Made by a program: the position numbers and the translations under genes
NCBI GenBank assembly: GCA_015065665.1
Contig: SVPX01000002.1
Location: 848-64,847 of the forward strand
Length of the DNA stretch: 64,000 bases
Direction of reading: 5' to 3'
Source of the DNA: Oscillospiraceae bacterium
Lineage (GTDB): Bacteria > Bacillota > Clostridia > Oscillospirales > Acutalibacteraceae
Part shown: positions 47,835 through 58,052 of the stretch, in pieces
Layout of the letters: every line of letters begins with the position of its first letter
How positions within the stretch are numbered: position 1 is the stretch's first letter
Notes under the pieces: model-generated
Databases searched by the model: none
Seen by the model: the letters and a program-made list of their open reading frames with translations, nothing else
Told to the model about the DNA's origin: nothing

Positions 47835-47864
47835 TATATACGTCTGAAAAATGGATTTGGTTCA
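47835..47864 (-). promoter_or_regulatory. ECF sigma promoter
   Basis: Minus strand TGAACC-N16-CGTATATA. Confidence 0.8.
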
Positions 47865-47948
47865 ATTTTTGATAAAAAAGAGAAATCCCCGACAGATGGG
47901 GTTTCTGTCGGGGGAGATATAAGATCCAATAATTAAGGAAAAATATTT

Positions 47949-48974
47949 TTATACCAGTTTTGCACAGACTGTACCCTTTGAATAAGTTCTCCACAGGTCA
48001 TCAAGGTAACCTTCAGCACTTGTTATTTCATCGGGTTTGTAGCATAACTGCAGAGTTTTTGTGCAGGTTGTTCCGTCTTTTTTTGTAACAGTCACATCAA
48101 TTTTAACCTGGTTTATGATACGTTCAAAGATTTTGTTCTGATAGTTGAAGAATCCCACCATATCGTCTGCCTGGGCAAAGGTGCGGAGATTTTCGATTTC
48201 TTCCTGTGTTGCAACCGGAGGGGCGGTGTTTCTGTAACCGCTTCCAAAGGAGCTTACCCAACCGTATTCTGCGTTCAGCTTATCACTGTCTTCAGAGATA
48301 ACTATATCTGCATTATCGGTTAATCCGTTATGACAGGATTCTTCAGGATTTGTGTAGCTGTAGTATTTGGTGATTCGCTCGTAATTGTAGTTGCTGTCAT
48401 AGACGGGATTGAAGCAAAAAATGTAATTGTTCTGCTCGTCATAATTTATGGTATGCTCAGCCTTTGGGGAGTGGTATCCGAGAATAAATGCAGAGGCGTC
48501 CTTGCCATCGGGACAGTATACGGGAATAATAACACCATTGTTTGCTTTGTATGTTATGGTTTCTATATCATCTCCCACCACGTCAAGGTTGAGCTTAAGG
48601 GTAACGGAATGGAAAAGGTATCTCTGTGTCAGGTCGTATTCTTTTGCATTCTGGTCCAGCACAAAGTCAAAATTAAATTCTACAAGAGGATAACTGTCAC
48701 TTTTGATTTCTACAAAGGTGTCGTTGTTTATTTCATCCGCAGATGCTATGCCTGCTTCGTCAAGTGTCTGGGCATTGGCAATAATGATAAAGCCTGTGTC
48801 TGCGTTTTTTGCAGGAATCAGACAAGCACCTATAACAAGAATTACTGCAAGACAGGCGGCAATTACAGGGATGGGTTTAAGGTTTCTTTTTTTAATAAAT
48901 GTATATTCGGTGTGCATATTCTGGTGATAGTCTCTGAGAAGTCGGTGGATTTTTTCGTCTGTAAACTTATTCAT
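47949..48974 (-). CDS. Putative anti-sigma factor (single TM, extracellular domain)
   Basis: Overlaps the ECF stop; TM VIAACLAVILVIGACLI; N-terminus resembles that of 44490-45197. Confidence 0.6.
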   Translation of the reverse strand: MNKFTDEKIHRLLRDYHQNMHTEYTFIKKRNLKPIPVIAACLAVILVIGACLIPAKNADTGFIIIANAQTLDEAGIASADEINNDTFVEIKSDSYPLVEFNFDFVLDQNAKEYDLTQRYLFHSVTLKLNLDVVGDDIETITYKANNGVIIPVYCPDGKDASAFILGYHSPKAEHTINYDEQNNYIFCFNPVYDSNYNYERITKYYSYTNPEESCHNGLTDNADIVISEDSDKLNAEYGWVSSFGSGYRNTAPPVATQEEIENLRTFAQADDMVGFFNYQNKIFERIINQVKIDVTVTKKDGTTCTKTLQLCYKPDEITSAEGYLDDLWRTYSKGTVCAKLV

Positions 48975-49461
48975 TGTTTAACTCCTTTCTAATCTGTGCT
49001 CTGGCACTGCTGAGTCTGGATTTAACTGTGCCTTCGGGAATGTTCAGTATCTGAGAAAGTTCTGCGGTGGACAGGTCTTTGAAATAATAGAGTGCTATAA
49101 CCTGTCTTTTCTGAGGTTCAAGTCGGCTGATTGCCTTGTGCAGTACAATACAGTCGTCTCTGTCCTGCTCTGTTGTGGGAACGGAGAGGAGTATTCGCTC
49201 CAGGTCTTCGGAAGAGTCAAAAGAAACGACTCTTCTGCGGAAGGGATTTTTCAGCATATCCTTGTGAGCGTTGATGCAGATGCTCCACAGCCACTTGTCA
49301 AAGGGTCTGCTTTCATCATACTTTTTGTAGTTGCGTATAACCTTTTCCCAGGTTGCCTGATATAAATCCTCTGCATCAAAGTGATTCTGACACAGAGAAC
49401 TGCATAATCGTCCAAGATCTTTGCCGTGAATCTTTATGTATTGGGATATATCCGGTTTCAT
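48967..49461 (-). CDS. ECF RNA polymerase sigma factor (paralog of 45187-45681)
   Basis: DAEDLYQATWEK, FDKWLWSICIN, NIPEGTVKSRLSSAR; RBS AAAGGAG. Confidence 0.93.
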   Translation of the reverse strand: MKPDISQYIKIHGKDLGRLCSSLCQNHFDAEDLYQATWEKVIRNYKKYDESRPFDKWLWSICINAHKDMLKNPFRRRVVSFDSSEDLERILLSVPTTEQDRDDCIVLHKAISRLEPQKRQVIALYYFKDLSTAELSQILNIPEGTVKSRLSSARAQIRKELNNE

Positions 49462-49491
49462 CTGTGTCTCCTTTCTTAAATGCTTTCACTA

Positions 49492-49521
49492 TATATACGA
49501 TTTGGTTTTCAGTTCGGTTCA
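49492..49521 (-). promoter_or_regulatory. ECF sigma promoter (autoregulatory position)
   Basis: Minus strand TGAACC-N16-CGTATATA, 30 nt upstream of the sigma ATG. Confidence 0.8.
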
Positions 49522-49713
49522 TTGGCTTTTTGTTTATATGCTTTGTTTTCGGGATAAAGAAAAAACAAGGAGACTGCAGAAGCAGAAACCCCATAAGGCG
49601 GTGTTCCCATAAACAAAAGGTTTTTGTCGTACAAACTTACTGATTGCTATTGTATAAGACAAAACCACCCGAAGAAGAACGAAACAAATTCTTTTTCGGG
49701 TGGTATCTTTTTG

Positions 49714-49789
49714 TGGAGCTGGTGACGTGACTTGAACACGCGACCTGCTGATTACGAATCAGCTGCTCTACCGACTGAGCTACACCAGC
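49714..49789 (-). tRNA. tRNA-Thr(CGT)
   Basis: Reverse complement GCTGGTGTAGCTCAGTCGGTAGAGCAGCTGATT-CGT-AATCAGCAGGTCGCGTGTTCAAGTCACGTCACCAGCTCCA; 76-nt cloverleaf with encoded CCA. Confidence 0.97.
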
Positions 49790-49997
49790 AAATATATCTT
49801 ACATCAAAATGCTTTGTCCGATTAATAAGTATACCGCATATTTCTGATTTGTTCAATAAAAATGATAAGAAAAAATTTTGTAAACCTAAGTGGAAATTTT
49901 TCACAAAAACTGGAAAAGTGTGAAATTTTCGTGCATAATATAGATGTTGGTGTTTTTTCACCAAAACCAAACAGAATTAATATTACGGGGTGGTAAT

Positions 49998-50453
49998 ATG
50001 TCAAAGGATTTAGGAATTATCTTAAGAACATTTCGCACAAAATGCGGTCTGACACAGTTGCAGGTTGCGGATGCCCTGCATCTTGACCGCTCAACCTACG
50101 CATACTATGAGAGAGGCACAACAGAGCCTGACCTGAAAGGTTTAAGAAAACTATCAGTGGTTTTCAATGTTGATCCCACGCTGCTTTTGCCTGATGATGA
50201 GGGCAGGTTTTCTCTTCGTGTCAGCGATGTAACTGCTCAGGAACCCTCTGAGAATGCAGAAACAGAAAACACAGAAACTACAGAGGTAAAACAGAAACAT
50301 GAGGTTGAGCTTCCTGTGGAAGTAGAGCAGAGAATGTTTGAACTGCCAAAGGAAGAAAAGGCACTTCTTGCGTTTTTCAGGGTGTTGTCTGCTTCTGATA
50401 AAGATCGCGTAATGGAGTATGTTATGAGTGTTTTTGACGAGAGTGATAAATAA
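49998..50453 (+). CDS. XRE-family HTH transcriptional regulator
   Basis: GLTQLQVADALHLDRSTYAYYERGTTEPD. Confidence 0.88.
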   Translation: MSKDLGIILRTFRTKCGLTQLQVADALHLDRSTYAYYERGTTEPDLKGLRKLSVVFNVDPTLLLPDDEGRFSLRVSDVTAQEPSENAETENTETTEVKQKHEVELPVEVEQRMFELPKEEKALLAFFRVLSASDKDRVMEYVMSVFDESDK

Positions 50454-50503
50454 AACTGTCACAATACAAGGAATTATTGATATTTCTGTATAGTAAAAAA
50501 GTC

Positions 50504-50532
50504 TTTACATTTTATAATGTATATGATATAAT
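50504..50532 (+). promoter_or_regulatory. SigA promoter of rpsO
   Basis: TTTACA-N17-TATAAT with extended TG. Confidence 0.7.
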
Positions 50533-50639
50533 ACTTGTGTTTTCGCCCCTTTCACGGATTCGGGAGTATGCCGCAACGCGGATTCACCGTCCCGTCCCTG
50601 TGATTGTCGGGTAATATTTTAAAAAAGGTGGTTTACACA

Positions 50640-50903
50640 ATGCTTAAAGAAGAAAAGATTGCTATTATCAACGAGTATGCTCTCCATGAGGGTGACACAG
50701 GTTCTCCCGAGGTTCAGATTGCTCTTCTCACAAAGAGAATCAACGACCTCACCGAGCACCTCAAGGAGCACAAGAAGGATCATCACAGCCGTAGAGGTCT
50801 CCTTAAGATGGTTGGTCAGAGAAGAGCTCTTCTCGCTTACCTGACAAAGGTTGACATCGAGAGATATCGTTCTATCATCGCAAGACTCGGTATCCGTAAA
50901 TAA
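50640..50903 (+). CDS. rpsO: 30S ribosomal protein S15
   Basis: [35 protein letters not shown]. Confidence 0.98.
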   Translation: MLKEEKIAIINEYALHEGDTGSPEVQIALLTKRINDLTEHLKEHKKDHHSRRGLLKMVGQRRALLAYLTKVDIERYRSIIARLGIRK

Positions 50904-50918
50904 TCACAGTCTTAAGTG

Positions 50919-50947
50919 GGGCAGACGGCATTTTTTGCCGTTTGCCC
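50919..50947 (+). terminator. Hairpin/terminator after rpsO
   Basis: GGGCAGACGGCA/TGCCGTTTGCCC. Confidence 0.6.
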
Positions 50948-51286
50948 TGTATTCCGTTTATAACAGGGATTTTTACTGCTTGAGTTTAGCGGTAAAATGA
51001 GGATTCCAGCGCCGACCACCGGAGCCCTGTAAAATCAACTGCGATTACGCAAATTGCCGAATGGATTGTAAATGCGGTGCATTTGCAATCAGGCAATTTT
51101 GTAGAGCAGGCGGATTTTTCAGGATCAGCACAGGTGAACGAGGCGTGCCGCAGAAAAGTGTCATTCGAGATACAATGTGCTATAGGTTATAGGCTTTCAG
51201 AAGTTGTTGGAGTCTTGATTTTATTGCTAAATCAGCATCAGATCCCTGTGGAAATATAATTTTAATTTTTACAGGAGGATTTAATT

Positions 51287-53506
51287 ATGGCAAACAAAGC
51301 TATGACTTTTGACAAGTTCAGAACTTTTGAGACAGAATTTGCAGGCAGACCCCTTGTTGTTGAGACAGGTAAAACTACTCAGCTGGCAAATGGTGCTTGT
51401 CTTGTTCGCTACGGTGAGACCGTAGTTCACGTTGCTGTAACAGGTGCAGCAAAGCCCAGAGAGGGTATCGATTTCTTCCCTCTTTCAGTTGATTTTGAGG
51501 AGAAACTCTACGCAGTAGGCAAGATTCCCGGCAGCTTCTTAAAGCGTGAGGGCAGACCTTCTGAGAAGGCTATCCTTACAAGCCGTGTTATCGACAGACC
51601 TATCCGTCCTCTCTTCCCCAAGGATATGAGAAACGACGTTTCCGTTGTATGTACAGTAATGTCTGTTGATCCCGATTGTCAGCCCGAAATCGTTGCAATG
51701 GTAGGTACATCTATCGCTATCTCCATTTCTGATATTCCCTGGAACGGTCCTATCAGCGGCGTTTCCGTAGGTTATGTTGACGGTGAGTTCGTTATCAACC
51801 CCACAGCAGCACAGCGCGAGGTTTCTGAGATGGCAACAACTGTTGCTTCCACAGACAGCCGTATTGCTATGATTGAAGCAGGTGCAAACTGCGTAAGTGA
51901 CGAGGTTATGTACAATGCTATTATGGCAGGTCACGAGGCTAACCAGCAGATTATCGAGTTCATCAAGGGCATCCAGGCTGAGATTGGTAAAGAGAAATTC
52001 TCTTATCCCTCAAACGAGCCTGATGCTGAGATGTTTGAGGCAATCAAGGCATTCTCTGAGGAGGATATCAAGGTTGCTATGGATACAGACGACAAGACTG
52101 TTCGTGACGCAAGACTCCAGCCTATCTACGAGGCTGTTCACGCAAAGTTTGACGAGATTTATCCCGACTCTGAAGCAAAGATTGACGAGTGTCTCTACAA
52201 GGTTCAGAAGTACATCGTTCGCCGCTGGCTCCTTGATGAGCAGAAGCGTGTTGATGGCAGAGGTATGAACGATATCAGACCCCTTGCTTCTGAGGTTTCT
52301 CTCCTTCCCAGAGTTCACGGTTCAGGTCTCTTTACCCGTGGTCAGACACAGGTTCTTACAATCGCAACTCTCGGTCCTGTTTCTGAGGGCCAGATTATTG
52401 ACGGTATCGATGAGGAAGATTTCAAGAGATATATGCATCACTATAACTTCCCCAGCTACTCTGTAGGTGAGACAAGACCCAGCCGTGGTCCCGGCAGACG
52501 TGAGATTGGTCACGGTGCCCTTGCTGAGAGAGCTCTCGTTCCCGTAATTCCTCCCGTGGAAGAGTTCCCCTATTCCATCAGACTTGTTTCTGAGGTTCTT
52601 TCTTCCAACGGTTCCACATCCCAGGGTTCTGTTTGTGGTTCCACACTTGCTCTTATGGACGCAGGTGTTCCCATCAAGGCTCCTGTTGCAGGTATCTCCT
52701 GTGGTCTTATCACAGAGGGAGACCGCTGGATGACAATGGTTGATATCCAGGGTGTTGAGGACTTCTTCGGCGATATGGACTTTAAGGTAGCAGGTACACA
52801 CGATGGCATCACAGCTATCCAGATGGACCTTAAGATTTCCGGCCTTACACCTGAGATGGTTAAAGAAGCACTTGAGAAGACTCATGTTGCTCGTAACTAT
52901 ATTCTTGATGAGGTTATGCTCAAGGCTATTGAGGCTCCCAGAGCAGAGCTTTCCAAGTATGCTCCCAAGATGCTCACAACTACCATTCCTGCAGACAAGA
53001 TTTCTGAGGTTATCGGTAAGGGCGGCAAGGTTATCAAGGAGATCCAGGCTCAGTGCGAGGTTAAGATTGATATCGAAGAAGACGGTGAGAACGGTCAGGT
53101 ATTCGTATCAGGTATTGACATTGAGCAGTGCCGCAGAGCTCTTGCGATTGTTGAGACTATCGCAATTGATCCCGAGCCCGGTGCAATGTACCTTGGTAAG
53201 GTAACACGCATTATGGACTTCGGCGCATTTGTTGAGATTGCTCCCGGCAAAGAAGGCCTTGTTCATATTTCTCAGCTTGACGTTAAGCGTACAGACAAGG
53301 TTACAGATGTTGTAAACGTTGGTGATGTTATCCGCGTTAAGGTAATGGAAATTGATGATAAGGGCAGACTTAACCTTTCCAGACGCGATGTTCTCATTGA
53401 GGTTGACGGCCTTACACCTGAGAACGATGTAAATGCTGACAGACCCCGCAGAGATAATAACCGCGGTGGCAGAGACAATCGCCGTCCCAGACGCAACAAC
53501 GGCTAA
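51287..53506 (+). CDS. pnp: Polyribonucleotide nucleotidyltransferase (PNPase)
   Basis: DFFPLSVDFEEK, RVIDRPIRPLFP, HGSGLFTRGQTQ, SNGSTSQ, GDMDFKVAG; KH and S1 domains. Confidence 0.98.
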   Translation: MANKAMTFDKFRTFETEFAGRPLVVETGKTTQLANGACLVRYGETVVHVAVTGAAKPREGIDFFPLSVDFEEKLYAVGKIPGSFLKREGRPSEKAILTSRVIDRPIRPLFPKDMRNDVSVVCTVMSVDPDCQPEIVAMVGTSIAISISDIPWNGPISGVSVGYVDGEFVINPTAAQREVSEMATTVASTDSRIAMIEAGANCVSDEVMYNAIMAGHEANQQIIEFIKGIQAEIGKEKFSYPSNEPDAEMFEAIKAFSEEDIKVAMDTDDKTVRDARLQPIYEAVHAKFDEIYPDSEAKIDECLYKVQKYIVRRWLLDEQKRVDGRGMNDIRPLASEVSLLPRVHGSGLFTRGQTQVLTIATLGPVSEGQIIDGIDEEDFKRYMHHYNFPSYSVGETRPSRGPGRREIGHGALAERALVPVIPPVEEFPYSIRLVSEVLSSNGSTSQGSVCGSTLALMDAGVPIKAPVAGISCGLITEGDRWMTMVDIQGVEDFFGDMDFKVAGTHDGITAIQMDLKISGLTPEMVKEALEKTHVARNYILDEVMLKAIEAPRAELSKYAPKMLTTTIPADKISEVIGKGGKVIKEIQAQCEVKIDIEEDGENGQVFVSGIDIEQCRRALAIVETIAIDPEPGAMYLGKVTRIMDFGAFVEIAPGKEGLVHISQLDVKRTDKVTDVVNVGDVIRVKVMEIDDKGRLNLSRRDVLIEVDGLTPENDVNADRPRRDNNRGGRDNRRPRRNNG

Positions 53507-53542
53507 TCTTATTATATAAGGTTATATTATCATTAAATATAA

Positions 53543-53586
53543 GCACCCCGACTCTTGCATATGAGCCGGGGTGTTGTGTGTTTTTA
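53543..53586 (+). terminator. Terminator after pnp
   Basis: GCACCCCG..CGGGGTGT hairpin then TG/T-rich tract. Confidence 0.6.
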
Positions 53587-53855
53587 TGCTTTGCTTCCAT
53601 ATTCTACAAATTGTGGTTTGTGGGGAGATATACACCCAAATATCGTTATTTTTGCTGTGTTTTATGTAAAAATGATATTAAGTTAACTGAGAATTCAAAA
53701 GTATTTTGTTAAATTTTACTTTTAAAAATCTAGTTTCCAAAACGATTATCTCGTTAATATCAGCATTATCCGTTGTAATTTTGTATAATGGTTAAATAAA
53801 AATGCGGCAACTGCGCAATTTTAAGAAAAAATCTATTACAAGGAACGGGAACAAA

Positions 53856-54782
53856 ATGGACAAGAAATTTCTCTATTACATATTGAAGAGAGCCATACTT
53901 GCTGTGGTTACCATCTTCCTGGTTATCACTATCACTTTCTTCATAATGAACTTTATCCCTGGCGGACCTTTTATGAGTGAAAAGTCCGTTACACCTGAGA
54001 CTCTGGCGGCTCTTAACGCTAAGTTCGGTCTGGACAAGCCTCCTCTTGAGCAGTACTTCAACTACCTGAAGGGTGCTGTCAGATTCGACTTCGGTCCCTC
54101 TATGAAGATGGATGGCCGTATGGTTACAGATGTTATCCTGGAAGGTTTTGCCACCAGTGCAAAGATGGGTCTTATGGCAGCAGCATGCGCTCTGACACTG
54201 GGACTTGTCTTCGGAGCTCTTGCAGCTGTTTATCACAATAAGCTCATTGACCGTATTATTATGGTTGTTTCCACAGCTTTTGTTGCTATGCCATCCTTTA
54301 TCGTGGCTACGCTTCTTCTGTGGCTTCTGTGCGTTGAGGCAAAGGTGTTCCCTGCCAATGGACAGGCAGCAGGCGGTCTGGTGCTTCCCATTGTATCTCT
54401 GATGCTGTATCCCATGGCTTATACAATCCGTCTTACACGTTCCAGTATGCTGGATGTACTTGGTCAGGATTATATCCGTACAGCAAGAGCTAAGGGTGTT
54501 GCACCCTCCAAGGTGCTTTTCAAGCACGCACTTAAAAACGCAGTTACTCCCGTTATCACATACGCAGGTCCTATGATTGCATTTATCCTCACAGGTTCAC
54601 TTGTTGTTGAGAGAATTTTTGCAGTTCCCGGACTTGGCAAGTATTTCGTATCAAGTATCATCAACCGTGACTATACAATGATTATGGGTACAACCATCTT
54701 CCTTGCTATCATCGTTGTTGTAATGATGCTTCTGTCGGATATTCTCTACAAGTTGTTCGACCCCAGAGTAGACTTATCTTAA
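53856..54782 (+). CDS. oppB: Oligopeptide ABC transporter permease
   Basis: IPGGPF, FGLDKP, DFGPS, QDYIRTARAKG, HALKNA, IINRDY. Confidence 0.93.
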   Translation: MDKKFLYYILKRAILAVVTIFLVITITFFIMNFIPGGPFMSEKSVTPETLAALNAKFGLDKPPLEQYFNYLKGAVRFDFGPSMKMDGRMVTDVILEGFATSAKMGLMAAACALTLGLVFGALAAVYHNKLIDRIIMVVSTAFVAMPSFIVATLLLWLLCVEAKVFPANGQAAGGLVLPIVSLMLYPMAYTIRLTRSSMLDVLGQDYIRTARAKGVAPSKVLFKHALKNAVTPVITYAGPMIAFILTGSLVVERIFAVPGLGKYFVSSIINRDYTMIMGTTIFLAIIVVVMMLLSDILYKLFDPRVDLS

Positions 54783-54797
54783 AAAGGAGGATTTATA

Positions 54798-55886
54798 ATG
54801 AAGAAAAATGATGAAAAAGCCCTTCCCAAAAAGAATCCTCTGAGCTTTCAGCTGGATATGTCAAAATGGGAGAAGGCTTCTGAGGCTGAAAAAGAACAGC
54901 AGATAGTTGAGCGTGAGAGCGTTACTTTCTTCAAAGATGGTATGAGACGCCTCTGGAAGAACAAGGTTGCAATTACCTGTGCATTCCTGCTTCTTTTCAT
55001 TATTATTGCTGTTATTGTTATTCCTATGGTTTATCCCTACACATACAGCCAGCAGCTTGGTGTTGCTAAGAAGGGCGAAGTTCCCGATTCAAGCTACAAT
55101 GGCTTAAGACCTATGGAGTATGGCGAAACCGAACTTGAAAGAATTGCTGCAGGCGAAAAGGTGTTTCCTCATCTTCTGGGAACTGACGACCTGGGAAGAG
55201 ATTACTTTATCCGTGTTGTTTACGGTACCCGTATCTCTCTTTCTGTTGGCCTTTTTGCTTCTATTATCGTTCTTGTTATCGGTACACTTTACGGTTCAAT
55301 CGCAGGTTACTTCGGTGGTAAGGTCGACCTTATTATGATGAGAATTGTAGATATCATCTACTCTCTGCCCGATATGCTGATGGTTATCCTGTTCTCTGTT
55401 GTATTCCAGCAGACACTTGCACCGGCAATTGAGGGTACATTCTTTGAGAAACTGGGTACAGGTATGATCAGTATCTTCCTGGTTTTCGCACTTCTTTACT
55501 GGGTATCTATGGCACGTCTTATCCGTGGTCAGATTCTTACAATCAAGCAGCAGGAGTTCATCCTTACAGCTAAGGCTCTTGGTGCAGGTCCTGCAAGAAT
55601 CATCCGTAAGCACCTGCTTCCCAACTGTATCAGCGTTATGGTTATTTCCACAGCACTTCAGATTCCCAATGCTATCTTTACAGAGAGCTTCCTGAGCTTC
55701 CTCGGTCTTGGTGTTTCTATCCCCATGCCTTCTCTGGGCTCCCTTGCATCTGAGAATCTTTCATACATTTATTCCGATGTTTACAGACTTCTGGTTCCTG
55801 CTCTGACAATCTGCGTTATCGTTCTGAGCCTTAACCTCTTTGGTGATGGCCTGCGTGACGCATTTGACCCCAAGCAGAAAAAGTAA
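54798..55886 (+). CDS. oppC: Oligopeptide ABC transporter permease
   Basis: HLLGTDDLGRD, GTRISL, ARLIRGQ, KHLLPN, FGDGLRDAFDPK. Confidence 0.93.
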   Translation: MKKNDEKALPKKNPLSFQLDMSKWEKASEAEKEQQIVERESVTFFKDGMRRLWKNKVAITCAFLLLFIIIAVIVIPMVYPYTYSQQLGVAKKGEVPDSSYNGLRPMEYGETELERIAAGEKVFPHLLGTDDLGRDYFIRVVYGTRISLSVGLFASIIVLVIGTLYGSIAGYFGGKVDLIMMRIVDIIYSLPDMLMVILFSVVFQQTLAPAIEGTFFEKLGTGMISIFLVFALLYWVSMARLIRGQILTIKQQEFILTAKALGAGPARIIRKHLLPNCISVMVISTALQIPNAIFTESFLSFLGLGVSIPMPSLGSLASENLSYIYSDVYRLLVPALTICVIVLSLNLFGDGLRDAFDPKQKK

Positions 55887-55898
55887 GGAGGAGAAAAG

Positions 55899-56930
55899 AT
55901 GAGTTTATTATCAGTAAAAAACCTTAGAACCTCTTTCTTTACTCCTGCAGGTGAAGTTAAAGCGGTTAACGGTGTTTCCTACACCGTTGAAAAGGGTAAG
56001 GTTCTCGGTATTGTTGGTGAGTCAGGTTCAGGTAAATCCGTATCTGCTTACTCCGTACTTCAGATTCTTGCCGGTACAGGTAAGATTGTAGACGGCAGTA
56101 TTCTTCTTGAGGACCAGGAACTTGTTGGTATCAAAGAGAAGGGCATGGCTAAGATCCGCGGTAACAAGATTTCTATTATCTTCCAGGATCCTATGACAAG
56201 CCTTAATCCTGTTTTTACAATTGGCGACCAGCTTATGGAAGCCATCATGCTTCACACAAACCGTAACAAGGCACAGGCTAAGGAACGTGCTATTGAGATG
56301 CTCCGTCTGGTTGGTGTTAACGAACCCGAAAGACGTATCAAGCAGTATCCCCATCAGTTCTCAGGCGGTATGCGTCAGAGAGTTATGATTGCTATGGCAC
56401 TTGCCTGTGAGCCTGACATCCTTATTGCTGACGAGCCCACAACTGCTCTTGACGTTACAATCCAGGCTCAGATTCTGGACCTTATGAAGGACCTTCAGAA
56501 ACAGCTTGGTATGGCAATCATCCTTATCACTCACGACCTTGGTGTTGTTGCTGAGATGTGTGACGAGGTTATTGTTATGTACGCAGGTCAGGTTTGTGAG
56601 CAGGGTACAGCAGAAGAAATCTTCTATAATCCCAAGCACGAGTATACTCTTGGACTTATGCGTTCAATCCCCACAGTTAGTGATGAACATACAAAACTCC
56701 AGCCCATCGGCGGCTCTGCAGTTGACCTTCTTAATCTTCCTGCAGGTTGTCCCTTTGCACCCCGTTGCGATGCTGCTATGAAGGTTTGTCTTGAGACAAA
56801 TCCTGCTCTCATCTGTGAGGGCGGCACACATCAGGTGCGTTGCTGGAATCACGTCAAGTCTATGATTGATGAGGGCAGAGTGACCGCAGCAGAGATTGAG
56901 GCACTCTACAACACAAACGAGGAGGCTTGA
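55899..56930 (+). CDS. oppD: Oligopeptide ABC transporter ATPase
   Basis: [54 protein letters not shown]. Confidence 0.94.
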   Translation: MSLLSVKNLRTSFFTPAGEVKAVNGVSYTVEKGKVLGIVGESGSGKSVSAYSVLQILAGTGKIVDGSILLEDQELVGIKEKGMAKIRGNKISIIFQDPMTSLNPVFTIGDQLMEAIMLHTNRNKAQAKERAIEMLRLVGVNEPERRIKQYPHQFSGGMRQRVMIAMALACEPDILIADEPTTALDVTIQAQILDLMKDLQKQLGMAIILITHDLGVVAEMCDEVIVMYAGQVCEQGTAEEIFYNPKHEYTLGLMRSIPTVSDEHTKLQPIGGSAVDLLNLPAGCPFAPRCDAAMKVCLETNPALICEGGTHQVRCWNHVKSMIDEGRVTAAEIEALYNTNEEA

Positions 56931-56934
56931 GCAA

Positions 56935-57903
56935 ATGAGTGAAAATAAATATTTGCTGGAGGTCCGCGACCTTAAACAGCACTTCAACATTCCCACAGGT
57001 CTTTTCGGCAGCAAAAAGCTCAAGGCTGTAGACGGTGTTTCCTTTGCAATCAAAGAAGGCGAAACTCTCGGCCTTGTTGGTGAGTCCGGTTGCGGTAAGA
57101 CTACTGTAGGCAGAAGCATCCTGCACCTTTATGAACCCACAGCAGGTGAGGTTTACTATGACGGTCAGCTCATCAAGGGCAAAAAGGCTGTCAACGAGAT
57201 GCGTAAGAAGGTTCAGATGGTTTTCCAGGACCCTTATTCATCCCTTGACCCCAGAATGACAGTTGCAGATATTGTTGGTGAGCCTCTGGATATTCACAAC
57301 CTCTGCAAGACAAAGGCTGAGCGTGACGCAAGAATTGCTGAACTGCTCAAGACTGTTGGTCTGAACTCTGAACATGCAACACGTTATGCTCACGAGTTCT
57401 CAGGCGGTCAGCGTCAGCGTATCGGTATTGCCCGTGCTCTGGCTGTTAACCCCAAATGTATTATTTGTGATGAGCCTGTATCTGCTCTGGACGTATCCAT
57501 TCAGGCACAGATTATCAATATGTTCGAGGAACTTCAGGAGAAACTGGGCCTCACATATCTGTTCATTGCTCACGACCTGCTGGTTGTTAAGCATATTTCC
57601 GACAGAATTGCAGTTATGTACCTGGGCCATATTGTTGAGATGGGCCCCGCTAACGAGATTTACAACAATCCCTCACATCCCTACTCAATTTCTCTGCTTT
57701 CTGCAGTTCCCATTCCCGACCCCGACTACGCAAAGAACCACAAGCGTATTGTTCTTGAGGGCGATGTACCTTCTCCTCTGAATATGCCTTCCGGCTGTCC
57801 CTTCAGAACCCGTTGCCCCAGAGCAACAGAGAAGTGTGCACAGGAGATGCCCCCTCTTGCAGAGATTGCACCCGAGCATTTCTGTGCTTGTTGGAATCTG
57901 TAA
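56935..57903 (+). CDS. oppF: Oligopeptide ABC transporter ATPase
   Basis: [52 protein letters not shown]. Confidence 0.94.
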   Translation: MSENKYLLEVRDLKQHFNIPTGLFGSKKLKAVDGVSFAIKEGETLGLVGESGCGKTTVGRSILHLYEPTAGEVYYDGQLIKGKKAVNEMRKKVQMVFQDPYSSLDPRMTVADIVGEPLDIHNLCKTKAERDARIAELLKTVGLNSEHATRYAHEFSGGQRQRIGIARALAVNPKCIICDEPVSALDVSIQAQIINMFEELQEKLGLTYLFIAHDLLVVKHISDRIAVMYLGHIVEMGPANEIYNNPSHPYSISLLSAVPIPDPDYAKNHKRIVLEGDVPSPLNMPSGCPFRTRCPRATEKCAQEMPPLAEIAPEHFCACWNL

Positions 57904-58052
57904 TAATACTTATAGGGCAGGGAACTGTTCCTGCCGAAAAGGTCTTCTGTATTGAAGACACCCCTAACTTCAAAATCAATTATCGTTGATTTATATCAGT
58001 CTGGTTTTGTCTGGTTGCAGATAAAACACAAAATTTGACAGGAGGAAATTCC

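Noticed and set aside
44490-49789. Integrative element inserted at tRNA-Thr
   Set aside because: Accessory genes lie downstream of the tRNA, but I saw no integrase, no transfer genes and no duplicated tRNA 3' end (att site).
49732-49970. Short ORFs overlapping 49714-49789
   Set aside because: They are translations of the tRNA-Thr gene and its AT-rich promoter region.
53590-53850. CodY box or riboswitch upstream of the opp operon
   Set aside because: The region is AT-rich with only weak partial matches; no convincing motif or structure.
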